From the NCBI GenBank assembly GCA_044229845.1, contig JBGASG010000004.1, forward strand, positions 416,001 to 480,000: 64,000 bases of DNA, written 5' to 3'. Of the stretch, positions 9,628-19,514 are shown piece after piece. Position 1 is the stretch's first letter. Each line of letters starts with the position of its first letter. The DNA comes from Candidatus Obscuribacteraceae bacterium (lineage in GTDB: Bacteria; Cyanobacteriota; Vampirovibrionia; Obscuribacterales; Obscuribacteraceae). The translations under genes were made by a program, and so were the position numbers. The notes beneath the pieces were generated by a model. It was given only the letters and a program-made list of their open reading frames with translations. It was not told the DNA's origin and ran no database searches.

Positions 9628-10602
9628 ATGAAAGTAATCCTCAAAACTTTATTTGCACCATACTGCCGCATGCCCGGTCGCAGCGCCTCGTGCACCTCGC
9701 CATTGAGTCCGCACGAACAGGTACTGGTAAAGCGGCTGAGCGGCCATGTGCGGCACCTTTCCGTTTGGCTCGGTGAACGCAACGAGCGCGAAATCGAGTC
9801 TCTCCACGGGGCTGCGGACTATATCGAGGAGCAGTTTTCGTCCACCGGAGTCGGCGTCGTCAGGCGCGAGAAGGTGGTTATCTACACACCGCTCGGCTCG
9901 CGAGTCGAAGCCGATAATGTTGTGCTGGAGCTGCCAGGCAGCAACGGCGGCGCGGACGAGATATTTGTTATCGGCGCTCACTATGACACCGTATTTGGTT
10001 CACCAGGGGCTAACGACAACGGCAGCGGTGTGGCGGCGCTTCTGGAAATCGCGCATGTGCTGGCTCAGTCGAAGCGCCGGCGCACAGTGCGCCTGGTGGC
10101 GTTTTGCAATGAAGAGCACCCCAATATGGAAGCCGAGCTGATGGGCAGCTACTCTTATGCCGCCTCCTGCAAACGCAAGAAAGAGAAAATCATCGGCATG
10201 TGGAGCCTGGAAACCATCGGCTATTTCACCGATGCGCCGGGCAGCCAGCATTACCCGGCACCGCTGAACAAACTGTTTCCTTCAGTGGGAAATTTCATCG
10301 CATTCGTCGGCAACTACGAATCGCGACACTGGGTGCATGAGAGCATCTCGCGCTTTCGCGACGTCGCCACCGTGCCCAGCGAGGGCATCGCCGCCCCCGG
10401 CAAATTTGTCGACATCGACCGCTCGGACCACTGGGGTTTCTGGAAAGCCGGCTATCCGGCTCTGATGATCACGGATACCGCTAACTTCCGCTACCCCTGG
10501 TACCACAGCTCCCAGGACACCCACGAAAAAGTCAGCTATGAGAACCTGGCGCGGGTCGTGCGAGGACTGGCTCAAGCGGCGTTTTGCATCAGCCGCATGT
10601 AA
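9628..10602 (+). CDS. M28 family metallopeptidase
   Basis: IGAHYD, GANDNGSG, NEE, LETIGY, SDH, YH motifs. Confidence 0.9.
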   Translation: MKVILKTLFAPYCRMPGRSASCTSPLSPHEQVLVKRLSGHVRHLSVWLGERNEREIESLHGAADYIEEQFSSTGVGVVRREKVVIYTPLGSRVEADNVVLELPGSNGGADEIFVIGAHYDTVFGSPGANDNGSGVAALLEIAHVLAQSKRRRTVRLVAFCNEEHPNMEAELMGSYSYAASCKRKKEKIIGMWSLETIGYFTDAPGSQHYPAPLNKLFPSVGNFIAFVGNYESRHWVHESISRFRDVATVPSEGIAAPGKFVDIDRSDHWGFWKAGYPALMITDTANFRYPWYHSSQDTHEKVSYENLARVVRGLAQAAFCISRM

Positions 10603-10714
10603 GGTGCCCGCCGCTCCGAGCTTAAAGCCCCAGCCGCGCCTGAATTTGGGGTTGCAAAGAGATCTGTAAACAGATCTGTAACAAGGACTGGAAACAATAT
10701 GTAGCGTGATCTCA

Positions 10715-10732
10715 ACACCATATCTGGTGCAG
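10715..10732. promoter_or_regulatory. CACCA-N4-TGGTG palindromic box upstream of beta-repeat paralog 1
   Basis: ACACCATATCTGGTGCAG, identical to 53951-53968. Confidence 0.6.
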
Positions 10733-10887
10733 ATTGAGGCATCTCTTTTGTTTCCTCTCTTCTCGCAGTCGCCCCTCACCAAAGACGCCATTTCAGCCAC
10801 GTTTTGCGCGAGCTTACTTCCGGTCACAGCCGGTGCGACAAGTCTGGAATCAAGAGTCAGTTGCAACTGAACCTAGGAGATTGCCCC

Positions 10888-12003
10888 ATGACGAGAAAGT
10901 TCTGGGCTCAAAGGAAGTGGACAGTGGTCGGACTCGCCGCCTCCGTCCTCTTGCTGCTGACTGCAGTCGGCGGCATCGGTTATGCACTGGTTGCCGGCAT
11001 CCCGGCGGCGCAGCCTGGGCCCATCGACCCCGTGGTCGAAGCCGCCTTGCACGCCTCCACCGAGCAGCAGCCGCAAATCGAAATGATGAGCGAGGCCAGC
11101 GGCGAGTTCAAGCGCGTCCACTACACGCGCCTCGACGGCAGCCGCGAGCATATGGAGATCTTCTACCGCAACGAGGCCAAGGGCATCGTTCTCTTTCGCC
11201 TCGACAACACACCATCTTCGTTCAAGGTGGTGGCGGCAGACGGTTTCGTGCTCCAAGACATAACCTACGACGCCACCGGCGCCGTGGTCATCGACGGCTT
11301 CGAGAAACGCCTCGAAACTCGCAAGCTGCTCTGGGAGACCAAAACCCTTTCCAACGGTGACATCCACACCGTTCGGTACTGGAAAAACGGCACCCAGATC
11401 TACGCTGACAGCTTGCTCAGCAAAGCATCCCAGACCATCGAAACCACCTACTGGCGCGGCGGCGGCAGCAAGTGGATGCACACGATCGCCAATGTCGCCA
11501 CTCCGAACAGCCCTTACTTCGAGGAGTTTTTCGAGGTCAACGGCGATCTGACCTGGCGCATCGAGCGCGGCAGCAACGGCGCCGCCGAAGAGAGCTTCTT
11601 CCGTCCCGACGGAACGCTCTATTTCGTGCGCCATCACAAGCTGCCGGTGATGATGGGCGCGCCGATGGGTTCTGCCCCTTCGGTGCATCTGGACTCCACG
11701 ACGGTCTACGCCGCCGACGGCAAGACCGTGACGATGGAGATCTTCTGGTGGTCGGAGTTGACTCCGAGCCGCATCGAGATTCCCAGTCCCGATGGCTCGA
11801 AGGCAATTCACTACTTCGGCTTCCAGCGCGAAAGCAACGACGTGCGGTACTTCGATGCCAAAGGTCAGCTGACCGGCGAGTCGCCCAGCGGCGCCGACGG
11901 ACGGCTCTTCCAGCAGATCGATCCGCGCATGTACCTCGAACATGTGCCTGCTCCGCAGGACATGGACGCGCAGATGGAAGAGATCCAGAAGAACTGGTCC
12001 TGA
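10888..12003 (+). CDS. Membrane-anchored beta-hairpin repeat protein (MORN/YwqK-like), paralog 1
   Basis: AGGAG RBS; N-terminal TM; repeated Y/F-R-x-DG turns; aligns by eye with 54123 and 55638. Confidence 0.65.
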   Translation: MTRKFWAQRKWTVVGLAASVLLLLTAVGGIGYALVAGIPAAQPGPIDPVVEAALHASTEQQPQIEMMSEASGEFKRVHYTRLDGSREHMEIFYRNEAKGIVLFRLDNTPSSFKVVAADGFVLQDITYDATGAVVIDGFEKRLETRKLLWETKTLSNGDIHTVRYWKNGTQIYADSLLSKASQTIETTYWRGGGSKWMHTIANVATPNSPYFEEFFEVNGDLTWRIERGSNGAAEESFFRPDGTLYFVRHHKLPVMMGAPMGSAPSVHLDSTTVYAADGKTVTMEIFWWSELTPSRIEIPSPDGSKAIHYFGFQRESNDVRYFDAKGQLTGESPSGADGRLFQQIDPRMYLEHVPAPQDMDAQMEEIQKNWS

Positions 12004-12144
12004 CGGAGCACAAGGATGCGGCACCTCAGATGGTGTCACACTCTGTTCCACCGTTCCTATCCCGCCCGGGACGGGAACGGTGGAACGCTCCGCCCGGCTT
12101 TCTCTTCCGCATTTGACGAAACACGAACGCTCATGAGGGAAAAA

Positions 12145-12522
12145 ATGAGTGACTTGCATTTGCTTGCTCCCATGATTTTGACGGTGCCGGTTGCGACGCC
12201 CGTCTTGATGGTGTCCTGGCTTTTCATGCAAATGACGGCGAACATGGACGAAGGAAGAATCGCTCCCATCGTGCTCGCCTGGCTGCCCGCGACACCGATG
12301 GTGTTCTGGCTTCTTAACGGTGGCTCGATTTCGCTCGCCGGATTCTTCATCGCTGCTTCGCTCAGCGGCACCGCCGTTCTCCTTTTGGCAATGCGCTTTC
12401 AACCGGCCACGCCTAACCACGGCTGGTTCAGTTCGGCGTTAACTTCGGCAGCGTGGGGAATCTGCGCCAACATCGGCTTCGTGCTGGCGCTTGCTCCCCT
12501 GATCTGGCCGCTCAAAGCCTGA
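12145..12522 (+). CDS. Hypothetical 4-TM membrane protein
   Basis: Hydrophobic ORF; GAGGGA before ATG. Confidence 0.55.
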   Translation: MSDLHLLAPMILTVPVATPVLMVSWLFMQMTANMDEGRIAPIVLAWLPATPMVFWLLNGGSISLAGFFIAASLSGTAVLLLAMRFQPATPNHGWFSSALTSAAWGICANIGFVLALAPLIWPLKA

Positions 12523-12540
12523 CCTTCTTCGGGCTTCGAG

Positions 12541-12621
12541 GCGCTGTGGTATGACGAACTAGCACCGCCTTGCGGTTGCGGATCTGCATACCACAGCGCA
12601 CTCCCCCTCTCTTTGATTTTT
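12541..12621 (+). terminator. Long hairpin plus T-rich tract after the 10888-12522 block
   Basis: 13-bp inverted repeat GCGCTGTGGTATG/CATACCACAGCGC. Confidence 0.5.
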
Positions 12622-12629
12622 CGCCTTTA

Positions 12630-12646
12630 TACTATTTCTATTAGTA
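12630..12646. other. Block-end palindrome copy (TACTA-N7-TAGTA, perfect)
   Basis: TACTA tttctat TAGTA. Confidence 0.6.
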
Positions 12647-13032
12647 TTACCAGATCGATATGTTGCATGAACCAGATTTAGGCGCTGCCACGGCAGATCT
12701 GGACTGGGGCTGCGCGAAGTGACGCAGCGCGCGAAGCGCCGCTATGAGAATTCATGCCACGAGCGCCTTGCTTTGCTCGATAGCACCACGTTTAAGCTGG
12801 AGACTATATTCGCTTAGCGCTTCGCTCTCCCCCGCTCCCCAAACAATCGCACAGATACCGCTGACAGCTTTCTCTCGGCTCGACATGAGCTCTGTCGGTA
12901 CTCGTGCTGAACCAGTTTCTTAACCGGAAGAAAACACGAAGCGCTGCGAACAAACGGCTCCTCGCTTGTGTGGCGGCATGCGTACGGCGCCTGTCGTTCG
13001 AACACACATTCGGCGGTCAGAGGGAAACTTGC

Positions 13033-13305
13033 ATGCTTCTAGGAATTTTAATCGCACTCGGTGTAGTCGCCGCAGTGGCGCTCTGGACCCTGTGCGCCCG
13101 ACTCAACTACCGCCTTTGCAAGGACGAAGTTAGCCATGAGGGACTGGTCGAAATGGTGATGCTGGGAGCGGTCGGCACCTTATTTCTGCTCATCTGCATG
13201 GGAGCAGAAGGCTGGCTGAATTTCTGCACGCGTGGCGCCTATAGTGCTCATCGCGCGGCAGCCAAGCGCACTCGCCTGAATAACTCTGGAGGAAATCGAT
13301 GCTGA
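13033..13305 (+). CDS. Small 2-TM hypothetical protein
   Basis: MLLGILIAL..; similar to the next ORF. Confidence 0.6.
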   Translation: MLLGILIALGVVAAVALWTLCARLNYRLCKDEVSHEGLVEMVMLGAVGTLFLLICMGAEGWLNFCTRGAYSAHRAAAKRTRLNNSGGNRC

Positions 13306-13517
13306 TCTTCGTACCGCTAGCACTGCTGCTCTGGATAATCTGCGGCAGAATCAACCATCTGCTCACCCGCGATCTTCCGAACCTGCCCTACGAAGGCGAC
13401 GAATCGCGCGTCACCTTCATCCTGCTGGGACCGGTCGGAACACTGATGTACCTCGCGTTCATCTGGTTCCCTACTTTCTGCATGACCGGCAGGCTCTGGA
13501 ACCAGCGCCGCAAGTAA
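13299..13517 (+). CDS. Small 2-TM hypothetical protein (paralog of the preceding ORF)
   Basis: GGAGG RBS; LWxxCxRxN..LGxVGTL shared with 13033. Confidence 0.6.
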   Translation: MLIFVPLALLLWIICGRINHLLTRDLPNLPYEGDESRVTFILLGPVGTLMYLAFIWFPTFCMTGRLWNQRRK

Positions 13518-13608
13518 CGGCGTAACCAAAATCAGTGTTCGCTTTACGGACACCAGTCGCAAGCTGAAACCGACACCGCATCTGGTGCGATTTCTCTTGT
13601 TTTGATTT

Positions 13609-13625
13609 TACTATCCTACATAGTG
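13609..13625. other. Block-end palindrome copy (TACTA-N7-TAGTG)
   Basis: Follows a T-rich tract downstream of 13517. Confidence 0.55.
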
Positions 13626-13780
13626 CGTGCTGAGTAGGCGGGACAATAACAAGGATGCAAGCCCTACAGGGCGCACGCTTTGTGCGTACACGGGAAATAC
13701 ACAATTCGTTCCGGATTGATTCCGGCAGCGAAGACTACAGTTGCCGCTGTAAGGACGGAATTGCAGAGGACCCCGCAACC

Positions 13781-14062
13781 ATGCAAAATTCGATTTCAGC
13801 TATCCCTTATCCAACCTGTGACGTCGAGCGCGACCAGAGCAAGCGCCAGGTGATTCCTGCCGCCTATGTCAAAGCTCTGCGCGAAGTAGTCCAGGACGGG
13901 ATGCCCCGCCGCAGCGCCGACTTCCTGCGCGAGTTCGACACAGTGCTGGCTCGGCAACAGGCACAACGAGCCGCATTCCAAAATATCGACCAGTTCGAAG
14001 TCGAAGCCACCAGCCCGAGATTCGTTCAGATGATGAACAGACTCTTCGGAAACTTCAGATAG
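13781..14062 (+). CDS. Hypothetical protein
   Basis: GAGG RBS; plausible helical ORF. Confidence 0.5.
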   Translation: MQNSISAIPYPTCDVERDQSKRQVIPAAYVKALREVVQDGMPRRSADFLREFDTVLARQQAQRAAFQNIDQFEVEATSPRFVQMMNRLFGNFR

Positions 14063-14171
14063 CTGACCTGCCGATCGCCAACTCCCGCATCGCATGATTT
14101 TTTCCGCCCAGCCCAGGGTCCCGCAACCCGCCGTGGAGGGGGTGCCGACAGGCACCTCCTGTTCGGTATTT

Positions 14172-14849
14172 TCAGCTGGAAGCAACCATCTTATAGCCCA
14201 CACCATGCACGTTCTGAATCAAGTCCGGATGCCCGCTCGCGCCCAGTTTCTCCCTTAAACGTTTGATGTAGACACGCACCGTATCTGGTGACACCTCGGA
14301 AGAGCTCTTCCAGACTCGGTCAATCAATGCATCGGCACTGAAAACCTGATTAGGATGCCTGGCCAGAAACTCGATCACCGCAAACTCAGTCGCCGTCAGC
14401 TTCAACTCTGCGCCATCGACTTGTGCCGAGTGAGCCGAAGGATCGATCGTCAATGGTCCGACTTTCACCGTACGCGTTGCAGTCACGGCCTGCCGCCGCA
14501 AAAGCGCGTTCAACCGAGCCGTCAATTCCCGCATCTCGAAGGGCTTGGTCAGATAGTCGTCAGCCCCGGAATCGAGTCCCATTTCTTTGTCGTCGATTTC
14601 ATCCTTGCCGGTGAGCATCAATATCGGAGTCGTGCCGCCGCGGGCACGAAACCACTTCACAATCTCGATGCCGGTCATCGACGGCATTTCCCAGTCGAGG
14701 ACAATGACATCGTAGGTGATATCAGTCAGATAGTCCTTGGCTTCCTGCCCGTTCACGACCGCGTCTACGTTGAACTTGTGGTGCGTCAGCCAATCGCCGA
14801 CCAGACTCCGCAATTGCGCATCATCATCGGCGAGCAACACCTTGGGCAT
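14172..14849 (-). CDS. OmpR/PhoB-family response regulator
   Basis: LLADDD, VLDWEMP, GADDYLTKPF, winged helix ending VHGVGY. Confidence 0.95.
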   Translation of the reverse strand: MPKVLLADDDAQLRSLVGDWLTHHKFNVDAVVNGQEAKDYLTDITYDVIVLDWEMPSMTGIEIVKWFRARGGTTPILMLTGKDEIDDKEMGLDSGADDYLTKPFEMRELTARLNALLRRQAVTATRTVKVGPLTIDPSAHSAQVDGAELKLTATEFAVIEFLARHPNQVFSADALIDRVWKSSSEVSPDTVRVYIKRLREKLGASGHPDLIQNVHGVGYKMVASS

Positions 14850-14926
14850 TTGTTTAGGCTCCGGAAGCGGGGGAAAGTCAAATGTACCGGCTAATTGTAT
14901 TAGTAAGACATTAATCGCTAAGTATC

Positions 14927-17900
14927 TTGCCGATGAAATTTAAGCTAGCGCATAAAGTTCTCATTGTCATCGCGGTTCCGGTGTTTTTCCAGCTGGGCTT
15001 CCTGTGGTTTTTCAATGGCTTCTTGCGCGATCTCGATGCCAACCAGTCCCTCGAGCAAGAGGCCATCGAAGCGGGACTGCTCCGCGATCATGCATACGTA
15101 GTAGTCAATCAGCGCATGTTGCTGGCCGCTATGTACCGTGCCACCAAAAATCCCATCTATGCCACCAAGTTTCGCCAGAATGATGAAGAGCTCAACAGCT
15201 ACTTCAAGAAAGCGGCCACTGAGTGGCAGGACGAACCAGAGAAAGCCATCGCGCTGGAGCAATCCTGGCAACTGAACAAACGATTCAGCTGGATGATGCA
15301 GAAGATCATGAACGGCGAAAAAGCTGAACGCGCATCCGACCTGCTAGGGGGGCGCTTCGGCATGATGATCATGCGCGCGCACCTCAGTTCACCTGATTAC
15401 TACAACCACTATATCCAGCAACTTTTTGAAAGAAGCGAGGAGGGACTGGCATCCAGCGCCCAGCAAGTGCGGGGCACCGAAAGTACCATGAAAGCGACAT
15501 TGCTGATTGCCATGGCCATCTCGTCCGCCATCGGCATTGCGTCAGGGTTGTTCTTCAGCCGCTCGATTGCCGATCGACTGCGCGTCGTGCTCGCCAACAT
15601 CAAGCTGATGGCATCACCAAACATCGCTCCGCAGCCACTCAGCGGTTCCGACGAAATCGCAGCACTGAACAACGCCGTCATCGATACTGCGCGCCAGATA
15701 CACGATGCCGAGGAGTTTCAGGCGCAGACCGCACATATCGTAGCCGAGGAGCTGGAGCGCCCGCTGGAATCTGTTTCGTCGGCTTTCATTGAACTGCAGA
15801 AATCCGGCTTTGACGAGCTCAGCGAAAAGGGCGGTCAGCGCCTCGAACAGGTCGGCAACGAGATCTCGCGAATTCGCCACTTAGTCAAAGACCTGCTCGT
15901 GCTGGACGGTATTCGCGATGTCGGCTGGGACTTGCAGATCCACGATGTCGATTTGTCTGAGATCGGAAAACTGGCGGTCGATGTCGTTCGCGATCTGGCG
16001 CGCTCACGCGAAGTGGAGCTGGTGACCGACTTGCGCAGCACGCCCGTGCAAGCTGATCCCGATCGGGTAGTGCAGGTAGTCGTCAACTTGCTGTCGAATG
16101 CCATCAAGTTTTCGCCGCCGGGCTCGCGCGTCGAAATCGCCTCCAGCTTCAAGAACGGCTACGGGCGCCTCTCAGTGACGGATCACGGACGCGGCATCGC
16201 TCCGCAGTTTCATGCAGCAATCTTCGGAAAATTCGAGCAAGAACAATCCGCAGATGCCGACGAGAAAGGCGGGTCGGGGCTGGGACTGGCCATCTCGAAC
16301 CTGTTGATAGAATCGCAGAAAGGCATGATGGGCTTCAAATCAGCAGTCGGCGAAGGCTCCATGTTCTGGTTGCAGTTGCCGCCGGCGGGCTCAGCCTCGG
16401 CAGCCCAATCCGCCACCGCCAGTAGTGACACCGGCTCGCTGCCGGCCGTCGCCCCCTCCCTTTTAGAAACCGCCGCCGCGCCGCCCTCCGCACCGCCGCC
16501 CGTCTGGCGAAAAACGCTCTGGCAGAAGGGTCTGGCTTTGATCTGCCTGCCGCTTGTGGTGCAGTTGATCACCGTCAGCGTGTTGTGGCTGGCGATGAGC
16601 TCTATGAGCAAGAATCTCGTGGACTTCAAAACAGCTCGCCTGATGGCCGACACACACTCGACGCTGGTGAATGAAGTGGCGCGCGGCACCGTTTTAGCCA
16701 TGTTGTTCAATGTCACCCGAGACTCTGAAGTGAAGGAGCGGACCGTCCAGGCGCACGGCCGGCTCAACGAACTGGTCGATCAGCTGCGCAACGTCGGCAA
16801 AGCCGACCCACTGCTTGTCGCCAAAACTGATGAATTGCAACGCATGGTCAACGAGCACATCACGCTGGAAAACCAGATCATGGCGGCCGAGCAAGACACC
16901 AAGCTCGATCCGTGGTTCGGCCCGGCAAACGGAGCGCATACAGAACGCCTGCTCGTGCAGATGCAAGCGCCGCTCGACGAGGTGATTGCCGCCACGCGCA
17001 GCGCCATCAACAGTCGTACGCTGGCTCGCAGCAGCACTCGGCGCACGATTGAAGTGGTGCTGTCCGCCTCCGCTGTTTTGACAGCATTGCTGTCCGCCGG
17101 TCTGGGACTGTTCATGATTCGCCGGCTATCTCGTCGCGTCGATCATGTAGTCGCCAATGCCAACCATCTGGCAAAGAAAGAACCGCTTGCCGAGCCGCTC
17201 CCCGGTACCGACGAGCTGGCGTTCGTGGACCACAGCTTCTTCGAAGCGGCCCAGCGTTTGTCGAAGTTAGAGCGTTTCAAACGTCAGATGGTCTCCATCA
17301 CCAGTCACGAGTTGCGCACACCGCTAGCTTCTTTGCTGGCGACGGCCGACTTGATTGACAGCGAAGTATTCGGCGCCCTGACGGCGCGCGGGCGCGAGAT
17401 TCTGAGCAGCGCCCGGCAGAGCATCTCCAGCCTGATTTCCATGATCAGCACGCTGCTGGACGCCGAAAAAATGCAGTCCGGCAAAACCATCATCAAGAAG
17501 TCTCGCGTGCAACTGGACTCGGTACTGGACGCAGCCGCCTCCAATGTCAAAACTCTGGCCCGCGACCGCGTGATCGACTTGCGCACCGATGGCGGAGGAC
17601 TTTCGGCGGAGGCTGACGGCAAACGCCTGACGCAGGCTCTGACTGCCGTCTTGACCGATGCAATCGAGAATGCGCCGCGCGGTGCCGCGCTGCTTCTGGA
17701 CAGCGCCATGTCAGCAAACTTCGTCGAATTGCGACTGAGCGCACCGCAGTCGGCACTGCCGCCCGAAATCGAATCAGCTAACCAGAGCGCACGAACCAGA
17801 CTGGCCCTGACATTTTCCAAATTAGTGGCCGAGCAGCACGGTGGCACGCTGGAAATCCACCCTCACGAGGACGAACATGTTCTGTCCCTGAAAGTGCCGG

Positions 17901-17971
17901 CCGGCCCGCAAACGCCGTCACCGGCTTTGGTTGTCACCGCCCCGGAAACCACCCCGGTGGTCAGCGACTAA
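14927..17971 (+). CDS. Sensor histidine kinase with two tandem TM-HAMP-HisKA-HATPase modules
   Basis: Module 1 has NLLSNAIKF, DHGRGI, GSGLGL; module 2 has SHELRTPL; ATG at 14933 is the likely start. Confidence 0.88.
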   Translation: MPMKFKLAHKVLIVIAVPVFFQLGFLWFFNGFLRDLDANQSLEQEAIEAGLLRDHAYVVVNQRMLLAAMYRATKNPIYATKFRQNDEELNSYFKKAATEWQDEPEKAIALEQSWQLNKRFSWMMQKIMNGEKAERASDLLGGRFGMMIMRAHLSSPDYYNHYIQQLFERSEEGLASSAQQVRGTESTMKATLLIAMAISSAIGIASGLFFSRSIADRLRVVLANIKLMASPNIAPQPLSGSDEIAALNNAVIDTARQIHDAEEFQAQTAHIVAEELERPLESVSSAFIELQKSGFDELSEKGGQRLEQVGNEISRIRHLVKDLLVLDGIRDVGWDLQIHDVDLSEIGKLAVDVVRDLARSREVELVTDLRSTPVQADPDRVVQVVVNLLSNAIKFSPPGSRVEIASSFKNGYGRLSVTDHGRGIAPQFHAAIFGKFEQEQSADADEKGGSGLGLAISNLLIESQKGMMGFKSAVGEGSMFWLQLPPAGSASAAQSATASSDTGSLPAVAPSLLETAAAPPSAPPPVWRKTLWQKGLALICLPLVVQLITVSVLWLAMSSMSKNLVDFKTARLMADTHSTLVNEVARGTVLAMLFNVTRDSEVKERTVQAHGRLNELVDQLRNVGKADPLLVAKTDELQRMVNEHITLENQIMAAEQDTKLDPWFGPANGAHTERLLVQMQAPLDEVIAATRSAINSRTLARSSTRRTIEVVLSASAVLTALLSAGLGLFMIRRLSRRVDHVVANANHLAKKEPLAEPLPGTDELAFVDHSFFEAAQRLSKLERFKRQMVSITSHELRTPLASLLATADLIDSEVFGALTARGREILSSARQSISSLISMISTLLDAEKMQSGKTIIKKSRVQLDSVLDAAASNVKTLARDRVIDLRTDGGGLSAEADGKRLTQALTAVLTDAIENAPRGAALLLDSAMSANFVELRLSAPQSALPPEIESANQSARTRLALTFSKLVAEQHGGTLEIHPHEDEHVLSLKVPAGPQTPSPALVVTAPETTPVVSD

Positions 17972-18204
17972 GTACACGAGATATTCACAAACCATTCCGG
18001 ATTCGTACCCCTGGTTGCCAGTATCTTCTAATCATTCCCCCTCACCCAACAGGCGACACCACAGACGGTGCAAGCGACACGGGCAAGCGGCAATGAGAAG
18101 GCGCGAGCCATCGGCATCTGAGGGGCTGACAACAAGTTTGACGAACGGATGGAGCAACGAGCGGTGGTGAAAACCACCGCTTCGCGCATCCGGGCTTTTT
18201 TAGT

Positions 18205-18221
18205 TACGACGTTATATAGTT
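18205..18221. other. Block-end palindrome copy (TACGA-N7-TAGTT)
   Basis: In the convergent gap between 17971 and 18470. Confidence 0.45.
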
Positions 18222-18469
18222 GCAAAAACGCACTAAAACACTAAAAAGCCGGGGGAGGGCGAGATGCACTGATCGCCGAGTTGCGTCCGATGCATCTCGC
18301 CCTCTGCTGGCCCGGCACAGGGCCGCTCCGGCCTTAGAAACCTGCAAACTCGTCCCTGATGGCCCAGTGAATGGACGGATCATGGCGATTCGGCCCAGCA
18401 CTGGGCCACGACCTGGACATGAATGATCCGTCGACGGCATGCGCGCGGTGCTCGGGTGGTACGACCGCC

Positions 18470-19135
18470 TTACCAGGCAGCCCGGTGCTTGAGCGGTGGT
18501 CCGTAAAACCAGCCGATCAACTGCGAAACCTCCGCATCCCGGCAAGCCAGCGCCTCGCTCACGACTTGCTCGCGCCGCAGCAGCGCCGCGTCGTACTGCT
18601 CACGGAAAGGCAGCAGGGCAGCCTCCGCCGCGGACAGCAGCACACCAAGGCGATCGACTTCGGTGTTCTGCCGCAGCAGCACCGATTTCATCGCCTGATA
18701 GCGGTGCTCCTTCGCGATCTCAACTGCGCGCTGGTCGGCGCCCGCGGCGAGCAGTTTGTTGACCTGCGACTCTTCGCGTGCCGACACCTCCATCACGCAG
18801 TCGATCTTCGCTTTGTTGGCATCGGCGAGGTTAGACTGCGCCTTCTCGAAGGCGGCGCCAACGTCCGCGAACGGACCGATCGCCTCTTCGAACTCGACTC
18901 CGGCCGCTCGCACCGCCGACTCGTAATTGAGGCTTAGCACCGCGATCGTCCGCAACTTTTCGCAGTCGGGCGAGGGCAGCTCCGTCCGGCAGACCTGGCA
19001 CTCCTGGCGCAGCGCGGCACAGGACATGCAGAGGCGACAGCCCAGCGATGTTTCCGCACTGCATTCGATGCAGGGCGTGGGCAAGGGCAACGGGTGGTCC
19101 CGGTGCGCGGCACAGAGAACCTTTTCTTTGGTCAT
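18470..19135 (-). CDS. Cys-rich (Zn-finger-like) plus coiled-coil hypothetical protein
   Basis: CIEC, CRLCMSC, CQVC then heptad-rich helix; AAGGA RBS. Confidence 0.65.
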   Translation of the reverse strand: MTKEKVLCAAHRDHPLPLPTPCIECSAETSLGCRLCMSCAALRQECQVCRTELPSPDCEKLRTIAVLSLNYESAVRAAGVEFEEAIGPFADVGAAFEKAQSNLADANKAKIDCVMEVSAREESQVNKLLAAGADQRAVEIAKEHRYQAMKSVLLRQNTEVDRLGVLLSAAEAALLPFREQYDAALLRREQVVSEALACRDAEVSQLIGWFYGPPLKHRAAW

Positions 19136-19229
19136 GTCATTCCTTCGTTTTGTGTTCACGAGTCGTTCACAGTTTTTTCCGAACTAATTCCGTCCGGTGC
19201 ACGTACATTGGCGGCAAGAGGGACGAGCT

Positions 19230-19514
19230 ATGTCAAACAACCCACCATCTGATACGAGAACCGGCGGAGCCAAAATCGTCGACGCGATTGCCGCCGGCAG
19301 TACGCAAGCCTTGCGCGAGGCGCTCAACGGTCTGAGTCCTCGCGACCTGCAGCAGATTTATGTCGAGATCAATCAACGCAACGCCGAACGGCAGGCCGAT
19401 AGCCTGCCTCCTGTGACGGTGATCGTCAACGATCAAGACCATGACGGAAGGATCGACGCCACCGGCACCAATACCGACAATGGTAGAACCATAGCGGCGG
19501 AGGCAGACAGCTAG
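19230..19514 (+). CDS. Small hypothetical protein with DxDxDG motif
   Basis: NDQDHDGRID; GAGGGA RBS. Confidence 0.55.
   Translation: MSNNPPSDTRTGGAKIVDAIAAGSTQALREALNGLSPRDLQQIYVEINQRNAERQADSLPPVTVIVNDQDHDGRIDATGTNTDNGRTIAAEADS

Noticed and set aside
10873..12420. 515-aa minus-strand ORF
   Set aside because: Antisense shadow of the 10888 gene, typical of high-GC3 coding DNA.
14889..14905. GGCTA-N7-TAGTA as a block-end site (also ACCGC-N7-TAGTT at 55406)
   Set aside because: The left arms are poor; 14889 is also in a divergent promoter gap. Neither was counted.
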